A stretch of 60,482 bases of DNA from a virus (IMGVR_UViG_3300042401_001867:1-60482); one strand, 5' to 3'; shown: positions 8,603 through 18,048, numbered from the stretch's first letter. Made by a program: numbers and translations. Notes: generated by a model not told the origin, from the letters alone.

Positions 8603-8753
8603 TTGGATACTTCCCGATTAATTTATCCAACTCATCGTTTGTTAGGAACTTTTGAATCACCTCAACAGGCGAAGTGTTTTTGTGCATTATGCACCGCTCT
8701 GATTCTCCGAACATATCCAAAACCGTCTTGATTGTTACGTTGAGGTTTTTCAT
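8595..8753 (-). CDS. 52-aa hypothetical protein
   Basis: Translated by eye (MKNLNVTIKTVLDMF...); fills the gap between flanking genes and overlaps the next start. Confidence 0.5.
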   Translation of the reverse strand: MKNLNVTIKTVLDMFGESERCIMHKNTSPVEVIQKFLTNDELDKLIGKYPNE

Positions 8754-8762
8754 GCCGTCATC

Positions 8763-8996
8763 CTACTCAGCGCAATGCTTTTCGTAGGCCTTGTGCGCAA
8801 TTCTGTTTACTTCATCGCTTAGGCGGTCAGCGACACTGCCTGGATTATCCCAACCAAGTTCATCCATAACCATCTCAAACAGGTCGTAAACGGCGCGTTC
8901 TAGAAGAACTACCTGCTTTTCTGGCGACCTTGGGATGGGGCCCAGTTTGTGCCCGCCCGTATCCCATTCGCTATATGTGGTGTATGTGTATTCCAT
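8763..8996 (-). CDS. hypothetical protein
   Basis: 77-aa ORF with AAGGAG RBS. Confidence 0.7.
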   Translation of the reverse strand: MEYTYTTYSEWDTGGHKLGPIPRSPEKQVVLLERAVYDLFEMVMDELGWDNPGSVADRLSDEVNRIAHKAYEKHCAE

Positions 8997-9021
8997 TGTT
9001 TCTCCTTTGTTTTTATTTGAG

Positions 9022-9094
<73 letters not shown>

Positions 9095-9100
9095 CATTAA

Positions 9101-9454
9101 CTAACGACCACTCCTTCTTCTCATCTGATGCTCGAGCATTCTTTCACTTTTCTCGTATTCTTTGTTCTTGCGTTTTTTAGCTGCATCTTTCAACTCTTTT
9201 TGTCGTGTATTTCTCCAGCCACGCTCTTCACTATGAAATATAACGTCTTGATGGTCAGCACAAAATTCAGCATTGTGCTCCTGGATGCTTGAGACATAAT
9301 TTTTACATTTCCTCAAATGTTTTTTCTGACTAATTGAGTAGAACTTGCACTTTTCCTCACCTGTATTTATTGGACGCAATGAACCAACAACAGAGCCACC
9401 ATTCTTTGCGCCATGTCTTTCACGACGAACCTTATCCCAGTCCATTTTTTTCAT
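9101..9454 (-). CDS. basic Cys/His hypothetical protein
   Basis: 117-aa ORF with a C...C...CxxH pattern. Confidence 0.6.
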   Translation of the reverse strand: MKKMDWDKVRRERHGAKNGGSVVGSLRPINTGEEKCKFYSISQKKHLRKCKNYVSSIQEHNAEFCADHQDVIFHSEERGWRNTRQKELKDAAKKRKNKEYEKSERMLEHQMRRRSGR

Positions 9455-9465
9455 GAGTTAACCTT

Positions 9466-9636
9466 CTACCAGGACTCGCCATCTTCGTCGAGTGAATAAC
9501 GGCTGCGGACTTCAAACCGCAGAGGCTTTGTGTTTTCGTAGGCTTCTTGAACGACTGCCATCCCATACAGCAGGACACCGGTCATGACGATAAAAAATAT
9601 GACTGAACCAAAGCCGAATAGCGCTGATTGTGACAT
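9466..9636 (-). CDS. 56-aa membrane protein
   Basis: Translated by eye (MSQSALFGFGSVIFFIVMTGVLLYG...); GGGAG RBS. Confidence 0.55.
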   Translation of the reverse strand: MSQSALFGFGSVIFFIVMTGVLLYGMAVVQEAYENTKPLRFEVRSRYSLDEDGESW

Positions 9637-9657
9637 GCCTAGTGCTCCCTTTTCTTT

Positions 9658-10173
9658 TTAGTTAACGGTCCCATTCAGGACATTCTTCGCACAAACAGGA
9701 CCAATACCTGCATCAATGCTCTTCTCGTCATCTAGGGAGCGACCGCAAATACAGCACAAACCCGTTTTACGACCAATCTCTATCATCTCGTCAAGCGACA
9801 AAGGACGCATATCCCCATCTTCTATCATCCTCGCAATACGCTCATGAGCAAACCCATTATCAGCAACAGTGGCCCATGAAGCCAGGTTCAAACCACGACG
9901 ACGAATTGAACGCTTGCCTTTAATTTTGAATACCTTATAAATTTGAATGAAATACTCGTCTTTATCAATATAGAGACCATCATCAATAGTCGTCACCCAC
10001 TTTTTGGTTTGCTCTTGACTCAACCCACCAACCAACTTGGAACCAGCAATCAATTGGTTCTTCGTCAAAAACCCAGCCTTATCATAGAAGGCAACAAGAC
10101 TCTGGGCAAAGGTGCTCTGGTTGAGTGGGCGAAGGGCCGAAACGATAACTTCTACATCCGGACTTGAAGGCAT
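9658..10173 (-). CDS. DUF6011-like zinc-finger protein
   Basis: C-terminal CCICGRSLDDEKSIDAGIGPVCA; the longer ORF-track start overlaps a tRNA-like gene. Confidence 0.75.
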   Translation of the reverse strand: MPSSPDVEVIVSALRPLNQSTFAQSLVAFYDKAGFLTKNQLIAGSKLVGGLSQEQTKKWVTTIDDGLYIDKDEYFIQIYKVFKIKGKRSIRRRGLNLASWATVADNGFAHERIARMIEDGDMRPLSLDEMIEIGRKTGLCCICGRSLDDEKSIDAGIGPVCAKNVLNGTVN

Positions 10174-10227
10174 AACAAAACAATAGCAACGGTAGTAAGG
10201 GAAGACAACCCTCCATGAATCCAATAG

Positions 10228-10302
10228 TGCCCCTGGTTGGAATTGAACCAACGTGGACCGCTACGGTTTCTACACCTTATAAGAGTGAGCCGATACAGGG
10301 GC
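10228..10302 (-). tRNA. D-armless tRNA-like RNA with TAT anticodon and long variable arm
   Basis: GCCCCTG/CAGGGGC acceptor + A, GTTGG-TTCAATT-CCAAC T arm, CACT-CTTATAA-GGTG anticodon arm, ACCG-TAG-CGGT variable hairpin; only 7 nt where the D arm should be. Confidence 0.65.
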
Positions 10303-10392
10303 AAGCATTATTTTGCCAACCTTTGTATTCGACCAGTTAGAAACATTAGTAACGCAAGCCTATCCTCATCGGGTGTTTTTGCAACTTTAATT

Positions 10393-10578
10393 TTATTTTG
10401 CATCTTCTTCCGGTGTTTGCTTGTCTTCGTTTTCTTCCACTTCTTCATATGTCTCGTAAACCTCAATAAGGGCATCATTGCCGTTTGTCATACCTGGCTT
10501 CTCGACGTTAATGAACTTTCTTACTAATCTACGCACTTTACGGTCTTCTTCTTTTTGTGTATTCAGTAATTGCGGCAA
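10393..10578 (-). CDS. hypothetical protein
   Basis: 61-aa ORF; start uncertain. Confidence 0.45.
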   Translation of the reverse strand: MPQLLNTQKEEDRKVRRLVRKFINVEKPGMTNGNDALIEVYETYEEVEENEDKQTPEEDAK

Positions 10579-10810
10579 AACATTTCTCGGTGTATCCGTC
10601 CGCTGTCTTGTCCATCCCTACTACATCGAAGAGCATGTCTGCAAGGTCGCGTTCTTTTTGGTAATCGCCACGCCAGTTATCTCTGTCGAGACGTATTAAG
10701 ACATTGTTATCTCGTAGTGCTTTTATTTCGTTTATAACAACAATAGAGAATTGACTAGGGCTCTTTTTTAGTTCTTCAATTATGTCAATCTGGTCTTCTT
10801 CTGAACTCAT
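10538..10810 (-). CDS. hypothetical protein
   Basis: 90-aa ORF with AGGA RBS. Confidence 0.65.
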   Translation of the reverse strand: MSSEEDQIDIIEELKKSPSQFSIVVINEIKALRDNNVLIRLDRDNWRGDYQKERDLADMLFDVVGMDKTADGYTEKCFAAITEYTKRRRP

Positions 10811-10818
10811 GCTTTTCC

Positions 10819-11271
10819 TTATGCGTCGTACTTCGGATTAATCATCATGTCCATAACATCTTCTGGCATGAGTAGAAAACCCTTCGCTGGGTTATCTGCT
10901 CCACCAAGATTTATCTTATTATTGCCGTTGAATCTTTCCGGGAATGCTCTGAGGTAACGCTTCAAACGAGATACAGACACAACAATAAACGCACCCTCGG
11001 GTGAAAATATGTAGACCCACCACTTAGCGGTAGTTATGTTTATACCGCTCTTGTTCCAAACCTGTACGCCGTTGATGTCCCTGTATCCACGTGGGTTCTG
11101 GTCGGTCTCAACGACCATTCTCCCATTTCTGTACCTATCACTCTTTACTTCAAACGAGCCATCGGAAAGGTCATCAAGGAAGCCGGAAACAAGAGACTCA
11201 CCACCTTGCCCGTAAGCAAGGTCTTTCTTAAAATCAAATTTTCGCGATGGTATGTCGAACTCAGCGGCCAT
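10819..11271 (-). CDS. PD-(D/E)xK-like phage protein
   Basis: DLAYGQGGE...FEVKSD...MVVE...SGI..T.AKWWVY pattern. Confidence 0.6.
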   Translation of the reverse strand: MAAEFDIPSRKFDFKKDLAYGQGGESLVSGFLDDLSDGSFEVKSDRYRNGRMVVETDQNPRGYRDINGVQVWNKSGINITTAKWWVYIFSPEGAFIVVSVSRLKRYLRAFPERFNGNNKINLGGADNPAKGFLLMPEDVMDMMINPKYDA

Positions 11272-11309
11272 GCATTAATCATGCCACCAACGAGCCGAAT
11301 TGGCAACTT

Positions 11310-12023
11310 CTAGTTGCCGTAAACTCGCCAGTTACCAAGTTTGCCCTTGGAATTATCCATGATGTACTTAGCCACCCGAACGTTGCAAACTGGGTCCTTA
11401 AGACCTGCCATACGCCCATCGACAGAATCTTTTCCACATACGAGCTTTGTTACCGAGAACCAACTTGAGTTGATTTGTAGTAAGCCCGTGTCGTATGACT
11501 TGTTCTTGTTTAGATGGTATGTCATATTGCCATTCGCATCCCATTTGGCGTTCTGTGCCTGGGGATTACAGCCACTCTCGCGCCAAGCGATATAAGAGAA
11601 CACTTCCACTGGCTCAAGCCCATATTCTTGAAATAAAGGAATCCATTGAGGGCAGCGTTTTGAAAGGTCGCTAGGAATGTTGTATACCGAGCTTATTGGG
11701 GGCGTTGGAACATTGTTGGTAGGTAGGTTTAGCTTCTGAAGCTTCTCTACGTGTTCGCGAAGGGTTATTGACCCATAGACACCATCAACCCGAACGGTCC
11801 CAATCGTTGTCTGAAGCTTTTTAACTCGTTGGCTTTTCTCGCCAAAAGAGTAAACATCTAGCAAAACGGCCTTAGTTTTGGTCCCCTCCACTCTGTCTGG
11901 CATGACAACCACGACAGCTTGCTGGGAGGGCAGGGAGGACATCTCCGCCTTCGTTGTTCCTGGGAGGGAAATCCCAAGGGCTCCAAAAAGTATAGAAATA
12001 GACCATCCTGTGATTTGCTTCAA
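11310..12023 (-). CDS. secreted lytic transglycosylase (SLT-like) with a peptidoglycan-binding-like segment
   Basis: Signal-like N terminus; VKKLQ...VDGVYGSIT; IAWRESGCNPQAQN, DTGLLQINSSW, DPVCNVRVA. Confidence 0.8.
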   Translation of the reverse strand: MKQITGWSISILFGALGISLPGTTKAEMSSLPSQQAVVVVMPDRVEGTKTKAVLLDVYSFGEKSQRVKKLQTTIGTVRVDGVYGSITLREHVEKLQKLNLPTNNVPTPPISSVYNIPSDLSKRCPQWIPLFQEYGLEPVEVFSYIAWRESGCNPQAQNAKWDANGNMTYHLNKNKSYDTGLLQINSSWFSVTKLVCGKDSVDGRMAGLKDPVCNVRVAKYIMDNSKGKLGNWRVYGN

Positions 12024-12161
12024 TGTTGTTCTCCTGAACTCGGCGGATAGGGCAACAAGCTTTAGTAAATAGCTTGCCTATGTCAGTATCGGGTACTTCA
12101 ATATTACCAAATTATTAAGCAATTGCAACTTTGCGGGTGGCTTAACTATTGACGGGTGGTC

Positions 12162-12431
12162 TTAATCCCCAATAACGGTACGGCTCTGAAGGGATTGTAT
12201 AAATCTTTCAAAATTTTCTAATTTTATTGAGGTTTTGAATGAATTTTCAGACTCAATCTCGTGAATGTCGAGATTTAAGGAAAGAGCCACAATACTTGCA
12301 ATATCTCCACAGTTGTTGGATGCCTCTTCAACTTCTTCTTCGCTCATGCCGTCATCTATATAGAAGTGTAAAAGAACTCCGGCAATATGCTCGACAAGGT
12401 TAAGTTGTGCTTCATCTTTTGTTGCTGTCAT
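12162..12431 (-). CDS. hypothetical protein
   Basis: Start trimmed to MTATKDE to avoid overlap with ssb. Confidence 0.6.
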   Translation of the reverse strand: MTATKDEAQLNLVEHIAGVLLHFYIDDGMSEEEVEEASNNCGDIASIVALSLNLDIHEIESENSFKTSIKLENFERFIQSLQSRTVIGD

Positions 12432-12513
12432 GGTTTGAATACTAGCAGTGATGGTGGTAGAGTTGCACACATCAAGTCCATCCGGACTGGATACACGTAA
12501 ACCAAGGAGAGAA

Positions 12514-12990
12514 ATGAACCCAGCACCAACAGTGATTATCGGGAACGTCACACAAGACCCCGAACTCACATTCACAGCAAATGGACAGGCCCGCCTGTCT
12601 TTTTCAGTGGCCGCAAATTATGTTTGGTACGACCAGGCAGGCGAGAAGCAGGAGAAAGTATCCTTCTTCAACATCGTCGCATGGCGCTACACGGCAGAAA
12701 ATGCAGCAAAGACATTGGAAAAAGGAATTGGCGTAATTGTCAGTGGACGCTTAGAACAGCGCTCATGGGACGATAAAGAAACGGGTCAAAAGCGCTCAAC
12801 CGTAGAGGTTATTGCAGATGAAATTGCAATCAACACTCGCAGCATTGAGGAAGTGACTCGTCGTGCCAAACAGGAGGGTGGTCAAGCTCAGGGTGGTTCT
12901 TCCGCACCTGCTCAGCGTCGCTCAAAGCCAGCAGCATCAAATCGTCAGCCAGTAGGCGTCGGCGCAGATGGTGAATCAGAACCATTCTGA
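12514..12990 (+). CDS. ssb: single-stranded DNA-binding protein (actinobacterial type)
   Basis: IIGNVTQDPELTFT, AENAAKTLEKG, GRLEQRSWDDKETGQKRS, acidic EPF tail; AAGGAG RBS. Confidence 0.93.
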   Translation: MNPAPTVIIGNVTQDPELTFTANGQARLSFSVAANYVWYDQAGEKQEKVSFFNIVAWRYTAENAAKTLEKGIGVIVSGRLEQRSWDDKETGQKRSTVEVIADEIAINTRSIEEVTRRAKQEGGQAQGGSSAPAQRRSKPAASNRQPVGVGADGESEPF

Positions 12991-13010
12991 TTCTTGCTAG
13001 TTAATTAAAT

Positions 13011-13058
13011 AAAACCCTCGTTAAATTTGCGCAGAGACGCGGATACGAGGGTTTTTTT
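13011..13058. terminator. bidirectional intrinsic terminator
   Basis: AAAACCCTCGT...ACGAGGGTTTTTTTT inverted repeat between convergent genes. Confidence 0.7.
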
Positions 13059-13243
13059 TATTTCTTTTTTAGTCTGTTTATTGTTTTTGTAAGTTCATCG
13101 CCATCGAATGGCATTGCAAGTGTGTCAACGTAATTTCTGACATCTAAAAGCATGTCTACAACGTCCTCAACCTGAATAGAAGCTTTTGGGTCTTTTGCCA
13201 TTCTCTTGGAAAGGCTTTGAAGGTGCATCTCTATTGTGTCCAT
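13058..13243 (-). CDS. hypothetical protein
   Basis: 61-aa ORF, leaderless start after TATACT. Confidence 0.65.
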   Translation of the reverse strand: MDTIEMHLQSLSKRMAKDPKASIQVEDVVDMLLDVRNYVDTLAMPFDGDELTKTINRLKKK

Positions 13244-13386
13244 ACCCTAAGTATAAACACAAAATTGCCGTCAAGAAAGACTAGTCGCGTTGGTCTTCTG
13301 GTGGATATAAAGTCTCGTCGGACCGAGTGTCACACACGAACTCTCCTGTTTTAAAACGAAGTCTCAAGGGAGGGGGCTCTTCTGGT

Positions 13387-13581
13387 TCAGTCAATTTGCC
13401 CACCCATAAATTGTCCCCTACCTTTTTTCGACGGCTTCATAACTTTTGACTTTGATTTTCCGTACTGCAATTCTAACCACTCATCAAAGTCCTCAACGTC
13501 GCCCGGCGTTGAACGAACGTACTTTTCATACTCTTTTATGAGCGAAATAAGCTCTTCGTCTTCCTCATTGAACCGCGGCAT
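13387..13581 (-). CDS. hypothetical protein
   Basis: 64-aa ORF coupled to the upstream gene. Confidence 0.65.
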   Translation of the reverse strand: MPRFNEEDEELISLIKEYEKYVRSTPGDVEDFDEWLELQYGKSKSKVMKPSKKGRGQFMGGQID

Positions 13582-13583
13582 AA

Positions 13584-14096
13584 CTAATTAGACTTTCTCG
13601 CTGACCTTCCAGCTCTTGCGGCTCTTGCTGTATTTGGAACGAATTGTCTACCCCTCTTGCTGCCTTCGATTTTTTTCCGGTTTGTCGCTCTTCTTTGGTT
13701 TGCGGATAGATTGCGCCAGGCTTTTGCCGGCAAATACCTTCTCATCCCACCTGGGCGATTTGCTGGCTTGCCATCGCTGGTCTGCCATTTTTCTTTCGTC
13801 CAGTTTTTAAGGGAGCGTTGGGTTTTGCTTATGCCGCCCTTGTAGCCGCCGCCAGCTTTTCTATATTGAACGGCAAGTAGTTGGGCTTTTCTTGCCGACC
13901 ATTGACCGGGTTTGCCACCATCGGAGCCGGCAAGAATGCGATTCTTTATTCTTTCTCTTAATTCTGGTTTTGTGTACGAAGATTTTGCGGACTTTTCACC
14001 AAATTCGGAGTCATCAAAACCAGCAAGGAACCCACCAACCGAATGCTCGACCCAATCCTGCGATTGGTCTGTAGATTTGTTTACTCTTTTTGCCAC
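13584..14096 (-). CDS. basic DUF5872-like protein
   Basis: YTKPELRERIK...GGKPGQWSARKAQLLA..Y...GGGY, SLKNWTKEKW, RYLP.KAW. Confidence 0.7.
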   Translation of the reverse strand: MAKRVNKSTDQSQDWVEHSVGGFLAGFDDSEFGEKSAKSSYTKPELRERIKNRILAGSDGGKPGQWSARKAQLLAVQYRKAGGGYKGGISKTQRSLKNWTKEKWQTSDGKPANRPGGMRRYLPAKAWRNLSANQRRATNRKKIEGSKRGRQFVPNTARAARAGRSARKSN

Positions 14097-14152
14097 GTCA
14101 TTATCTCCGTCACAATAGTACGTTAGATACGACCGTTCGTGGCGCTAGGTGT

Positions 14153-14452
14153 TTATTGCAGTCTCTGACCGCACTTTAGGCAGGTGACAGACCACGGATA
14201 GCGCCTAACCGAAGGATGTTCGCATTCAAGCAATGACTTTGCCTTTGCATTGAGTATGTCTCGTATCCACGCCGACATCGTCTTTCCCTCAACTACGGAA
14301 GCCTGTCTCCAGCGCTCCCTAACTTCGTCGGTGGTTCTAATGAGGACGGATGTGTTGGTTGGGCCTTCGTCATCCTTTTCTATGGGGCGCACGGTAAGGT
14401 CGGTCGTGTCAGCAACAGCCTTCATTGCTGTCTCCAGGTTGCTATCACTCAT
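14153..14452 (-). CDS. ribbon-helix-helix-like DNA-binding protein with C-terminal Cys motif
   Basis: SVLIRTTDEVRERWRQAS...TMSAWIRDIL; CEH...CLKC. Confidence 0.6.
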   Translation of the reverse strand: MSDSNLETAMKAVADTTDLTVRPIEKDDEGPTNTSVLIRTTDEVRERWRQASVVEGKTMSAWIRDILNAKAKSLLECEHPSVRRYPWSVTCLKCGQRLQ

Positions 14453-15086
14453 CTGTGTCCTCTTGTTCTGTTTCTTCCTGAGTGGATACTACCTCAGCAT
14501 CTACTATGTCAGACTCACCAAGCATTTCTCTGACTGAGCTTTCTGGCAAAACCCCGGAAATACCCATCAATTGCAAAAGCTGTCTGGCTTCTGCCTCTGG
14601 GTCAAACGTATTCCCAATCTGTTTTAGTTGCTCTGACCCAGCGAGAGTTGCTTTTATCGTCTCTGTGGTTTTGTTGCCAACGTCCATTTGCACGTTTATA
14701 TTGGTCTGGTCCATGCCGAGCAGTTTCGTTCTTCTGTCCATTATTGAAAGAACCTGCTGAATTGCTTTTAGGTCTGGCTCAACCGCTATTTCGGTGCCGT
14801 CATCAGTCACGATTCTTCTGTGTTGGGTCATAGGCCAAATCGCTTGTTGGAGGTTATCAAGTCGTTCGAGTTCTAGTCGAAGAACCTCCGGATACGCCAT
14901 TAGCGTTTCCCTGTTCATCTTCTCAAGCTGACGAGATACTGATTTAGAAACAGCGCTTGTTGTCATCCCGAATCTACGAGCTATTTCTGAAGACGATGTG
15001 CCAGCTTGGCGAAGTTTGAATATACGCATATCCCGCTCGCCAAGAAACTCGCGAGTTACGATTTTGTTACCTTTGTCTTCGCTCAT
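14445..15086 (-). CDS. HTH protein, candidate terminase small subunit
   Basis: N-terminal HTH (LRQAGTSSSEIARRFG) plus LELERLD...IWP...DLKAIQQVLSIMDRRTKLLGMD, a pattern recalled from actinophage TerS-like proteins. Confidence 0.6.
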   Translation of the reverse strand: MSEDKGNKIVTREFLGERDMRIFKLRQAGTSSSEIARRFGMTTSAVSKSVSRQLEKMNRETLMAYPEVLRLELERLDNLQQAIWPMTQHRRIVTDDGTEIAVEPDLKAIQQVLSIMDRRTKLLGMDQTNINVQMDVGNKTTETIKATLAGSEQLKQIGNTFDPEAEARQLLQLMGISGVLPESSVREMLGESDIVDAEVVSTQEETEQEDTDE

Positions 15087-15103
15087 GTATCCATCTTAGT
15101 TAA

Positions 15104-16936
15104 TTATTGGTCAGTCTTCATGTACTCAATGACTTCAAACGGAAATCTTTTACCACGCTTGATTTTGAGGGGCCATTGACGCTGGTCTCTGGCTCCTCTG
15201 AAGTGTCTGACGTCGTACACGTAAGGCTCATTTGCCGTTGGGTCTGGTTGAAGAGAAATACCGAATTCGGGCCATCTTGACCATACTGCAGAACCGAATG
15301 GTCTCAATTCCCTTGTCGTGATGGTGGTACCCAATGGGGCGTGATGTTCAAGCCACAGAGCACAGCCATACACGGTCCTGATTGTGTCTAGATATTTTGC
15401 CACTTCAACAGCGATTGCCTCGGAGGTTCTACCACCAGGGTCGACGAATGATTTGTAAAGTGGGCCCATTACCAGGATTTCTGGTCTAACTCTTTCTATT
15501 GCTTCTTCAAGAATTAATCTGTCTTCTGGTTTGAGTAAATCCATTCCAGATGGCTTTGTCAAAACCTCGCCATATATTCGTGCAACATGTCCCTGTTTCA
15601 TCGCCTGAATAACTATTGCGGATGATGCTCTTCGTATGATTCTCTCTGGGTTTTCCAAGTCAACAGTCAATGTTCGCACAGGCTTCATCTGACCATATGT
15701 GAATGGATGAACTCCTGCTGCTGCACACAGTGCAACCTGCCTCGCAAGCATGGTTTTACCGACGCCTTCGGCAGCAACAACGATTACTCGCTCTCCACGT
15801 TCCAGTAGACCAGGAATAACCCAGTCGTAAGAATCGTCAACTTGCTCAGATATAAAGTCATTCCACTGTACGAGACGACCAGGGTCGGTTAGTTGGTTTG
15901 TCGTTGTGGTCGCTGAAAGAATCATTGACATCTTTGAAACCATTTGGCCCGCACTGAGGTCTTCTCGCCCGAACAGGTCTTGGATTTTTATCAACGCAGA
16001 ATCAAATACCGATTCTTTCTTTTCCTCTACTGGAGTGTTATCTTCTTCAAATTCTTTTTCAATATTTTCAGATTGTTCTTGCTCGGATGCTCCGTGATAG
16101 GTGAATTCATTGAGTTCATCAAACGTGCCACCGGAAGAAAGGTGGTCAGTAATGTCTTTGTTGTTAGGACAAACCCACGCCTGCGCGTCGCATCCAGCAT
16201 CGGTTAGCGTCTTCAACAATCTAGATGCGTGTTCCATTCCTGGTGTGTCATTATCAGCAATAATGTCGACTGTCGCGCCCGCTAGTGCTTCTGTGTGGAT
16301 ATCAAGCCAATGACCAGCTCCACCCGGCATCGTCGTCGCCACATAACCAAGAGCAGTGAGTGTGTCAACATCTTTTTCACCCTCAACAACCCAAATTGGC
16401 TTCCCAGAATCTCTGGCAGCAAGAACAGATGGAAGATTATAGAGAATTTTTGGGACATCAGAAAGAGAGTATGACCACTCTCCGTTTTCCAATGGCTTAC
16501 GCTGTCTGAATGTTTTTACTCCGTCCTGATTTGTGTATCTTACTTTTTGGAAAAGTAGCTCTCCGGATTCATCCATGTAGTCGTAGGAACAAACAAAAGT
16601 AAGTCGCTCTTTAGTAATTAACTTTTTAACATCTTGATTGATGGAAGTATTTTTTTCTTTTTTTACTAATGGCTTTTCATAAATTGTGCTTGTTCCATTT
16701 TGGGGCATTATGTCGGAAATAGCCAAACCAACAGATGCACATATCTCGGAGGCATCGCATCCATTGCCTCTATGACAATGCACCAAAACCCGTCCATCGG
16801 TGCCTTCGCTTACTGAAAGTGAGGGATTACTATCGTCGTTTCTGCAAGGACAACGAGCCATGAAGTTTCCGCCACTTTGGCGAACACCATCAAGCCTATC
16901 TAGAAAATTTTGTACTATCGGCCCAGGGGTTGTCAC
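15104..16936 (-). CDS. DNA primase-helicase (Zn finger + TOPRIM + RepA/AAA_25-like helicase)
   Basis: ARCPCRND..PSLSV, HCH..C; VVEGEKDVD, IIADND; AEGVGKT Walker A; VDLEN; LEHH. Confidence 0.88.
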   Translation of the reverse strand: MTTPGPIVQNFLDRLDGVRQSGGNFMARCPCRNDDSNPSLSVSEGTDGRVLVHCHRGNGCDASEICASVGLAISDIMPQNGTSTIYEKPLVKKEKNTSINQDVKKLITKERLTFVCSYDYMDESGELLFQKVRYTNQDGVKTFRQRKPLENGEWSYSLSDVPKILYNLPSVLAARDSGKPIWVVEGEKDVDTLTALGYVATTMPGGAGHWLDIHTEALAGATVDIIADNDTPGMEHASRLLKTLTDAGCDAQAWVCPNNKDITDHLSSGGTFDELNEFTYHGASEQEQSENIEKEFEEDNTPVEEKKESVFDSALIKIQDLFGREDLSAGQMVSKMSMILSATTTTNQLTDPGRLVQWNDFISEQVDDSYDWVIPGLLERGERVIVVAAEGVGKTMLARQVALCAAAGVHPFTYGQMKPVRTLTVDLENPERIIRRASSAIVIQAMKQGHVARIYGEVLTKPSGMDLLKPEDRLILEEAIERVRPEILVMGPLYKSFVDPGGRTSEAIAVEVAKYLDTIRTVYGCALWLEHHAPLGTTITTRELRPFGSAVWSRWPEFGISLQPDPTANEPYVYDVRHFRGARDQRQWPLKIKRGKRFPFEVIEYMKTDQ

Positions 16937-17322
16937 TGAGTCTCCTCGGAATATTTCTTCATCGCTGCATCCCTGAGTCTAAAATTTCCTTTGTAGGCAA
17001 ACCCATTAGCGTTTCTACGACCTATTCCTGGCAGGAATATTCTTGCCTCACGCGAAAGGAGTATGTCTCTTTCGCTTCTGATTAATGCTCTTTGAGATTC
17101 TGTCTTGCCGCCCCAAATTCCGAGAGGCTCATGGCGAAGAGAGTATTCCAGACAATGCTCTTCAGCAGGACATGAGTTACAAAGTTCAATTGCATCCTTC
17201 ATGTCTTGTTTGTATTTCTCCCACTGCTCTCGCGGCAATCCTTTTTCTATTAGTGGAAACCACTTCGAAACATCTTGACCCTTGCAACTTCCGTCTGCTG
17301 GTGGCGCATCGTAATTCGGCAA
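16933..17322 (-). CDS. whiB: WhiB-family Fe-S transcription factor
   Basis: Four-Cys pattern C...CNSC.....C plus GIWGG turn. Confidence 0.88.
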   Translation of the reverse strand: MPNYDAPPADGSCKGQDVSKWFPLIEKGLPREQWEKYKQDMKDAIELCNSCPAEEHCLEYSLRHEPLGIWGGKTESQRALIRSERDILLSREARIFLPGIGRRNANGFAYKGNFRLRDAAMKKYSEETQ

Positions 17323-17334
17323 AGCTTTATCTCC

Positions 17335-17757
17335 TTATGTCGGGTTAGGTTTCGAAAGCCTAGCGATATCCGATGAAGAAAGAAATACCAGAGCGTGTTT
17401 TACTACAAGATTTCCAGATATGTCTGAAGCGACAATATCTATTGCCTCAAGCGGAATTTTGAATCTTGAAGCTATTGCCGCTTTCATTCTGCTTATGTCG
17501 ATTTCTTCTTCAGCAATTTTTTCATTTATATCAACATGGACAGGGAGTGCTCCCGCTGTCAATGCTTTCATTTCCCCGTCTTTTTCTACTGCGCGTAGAC
17601 ACCATGCACAAGCTAATTTTGGGGTCGAAGCAGCGCGCGCACGAACCTCTGTATGTCCACACGCAAGAAGGTGTCTATACTCGACTTTTCCCCAAGCACC
17701 TTCGCGGCTTATGTTCACGACGTCTTGTCGCGGTGCTTTGCGATGTTCGGTTGTCAC
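17335..17757 (-). CDS. hypothetical protein (CGH...CxxC)
   Basis: 140-aa ORF, GTG start after CATAAT. Confidence 0.65.
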   Translation of the reverse strand: MTTEHRKAPRQDVVNISREGAWGKVEYRHLLACGHTEVRARAASTPKLACAWCLRAVEKDGEMKALTAGALPVHVDINEKIAEEEIDISRMKAAIASRFKIPLEAIDIVASDISGNLVVKHALVFLSSSDIARLSKPNPT

Positions 17758-17784
17758 AACCCACCATTATGGTGGACGAAGGAG

Positions 17785-18048
17785 TTACTTCGAGATACCT
17801 TTGAAAAACTTTCGCAACCACTTCTTCAGACCGCGAGCGTCAAGTGATACTTGTGCTGGGATGCTGTCGATTAGTTGTTCAATTTTGTCTGCATGTTCTG
17901 CGACCTGCTTTGCTGCGACTGCCTCAACAAACTCTTCCGCTTTCACGAAAGTGCTTTTTGGTGCGGCCTTCTTTGGTGCAGCTTTTTTTGCTGCTGCCTT
18001 TTTTGCAGGGGCCTTCTTTGTGGTTGTTTTTTTCTTTGCTGTTGCCAT
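17785..18048 (-). CDS. histone-H1-like Lys/Ala/Pro-rich protein
   Basis: KKAPAKKAAAKKAAPKKAAPK repeats. Confidence 0.65.
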   Translation of the reverse strand: MATAKKKTTTKKAPAKKAAAKKAAPKKAAPKSTFVKAEEFVEAVAAKQVAEHADKIEQLIDSIPAQVSLDARGLKKWLRKFFKGISK

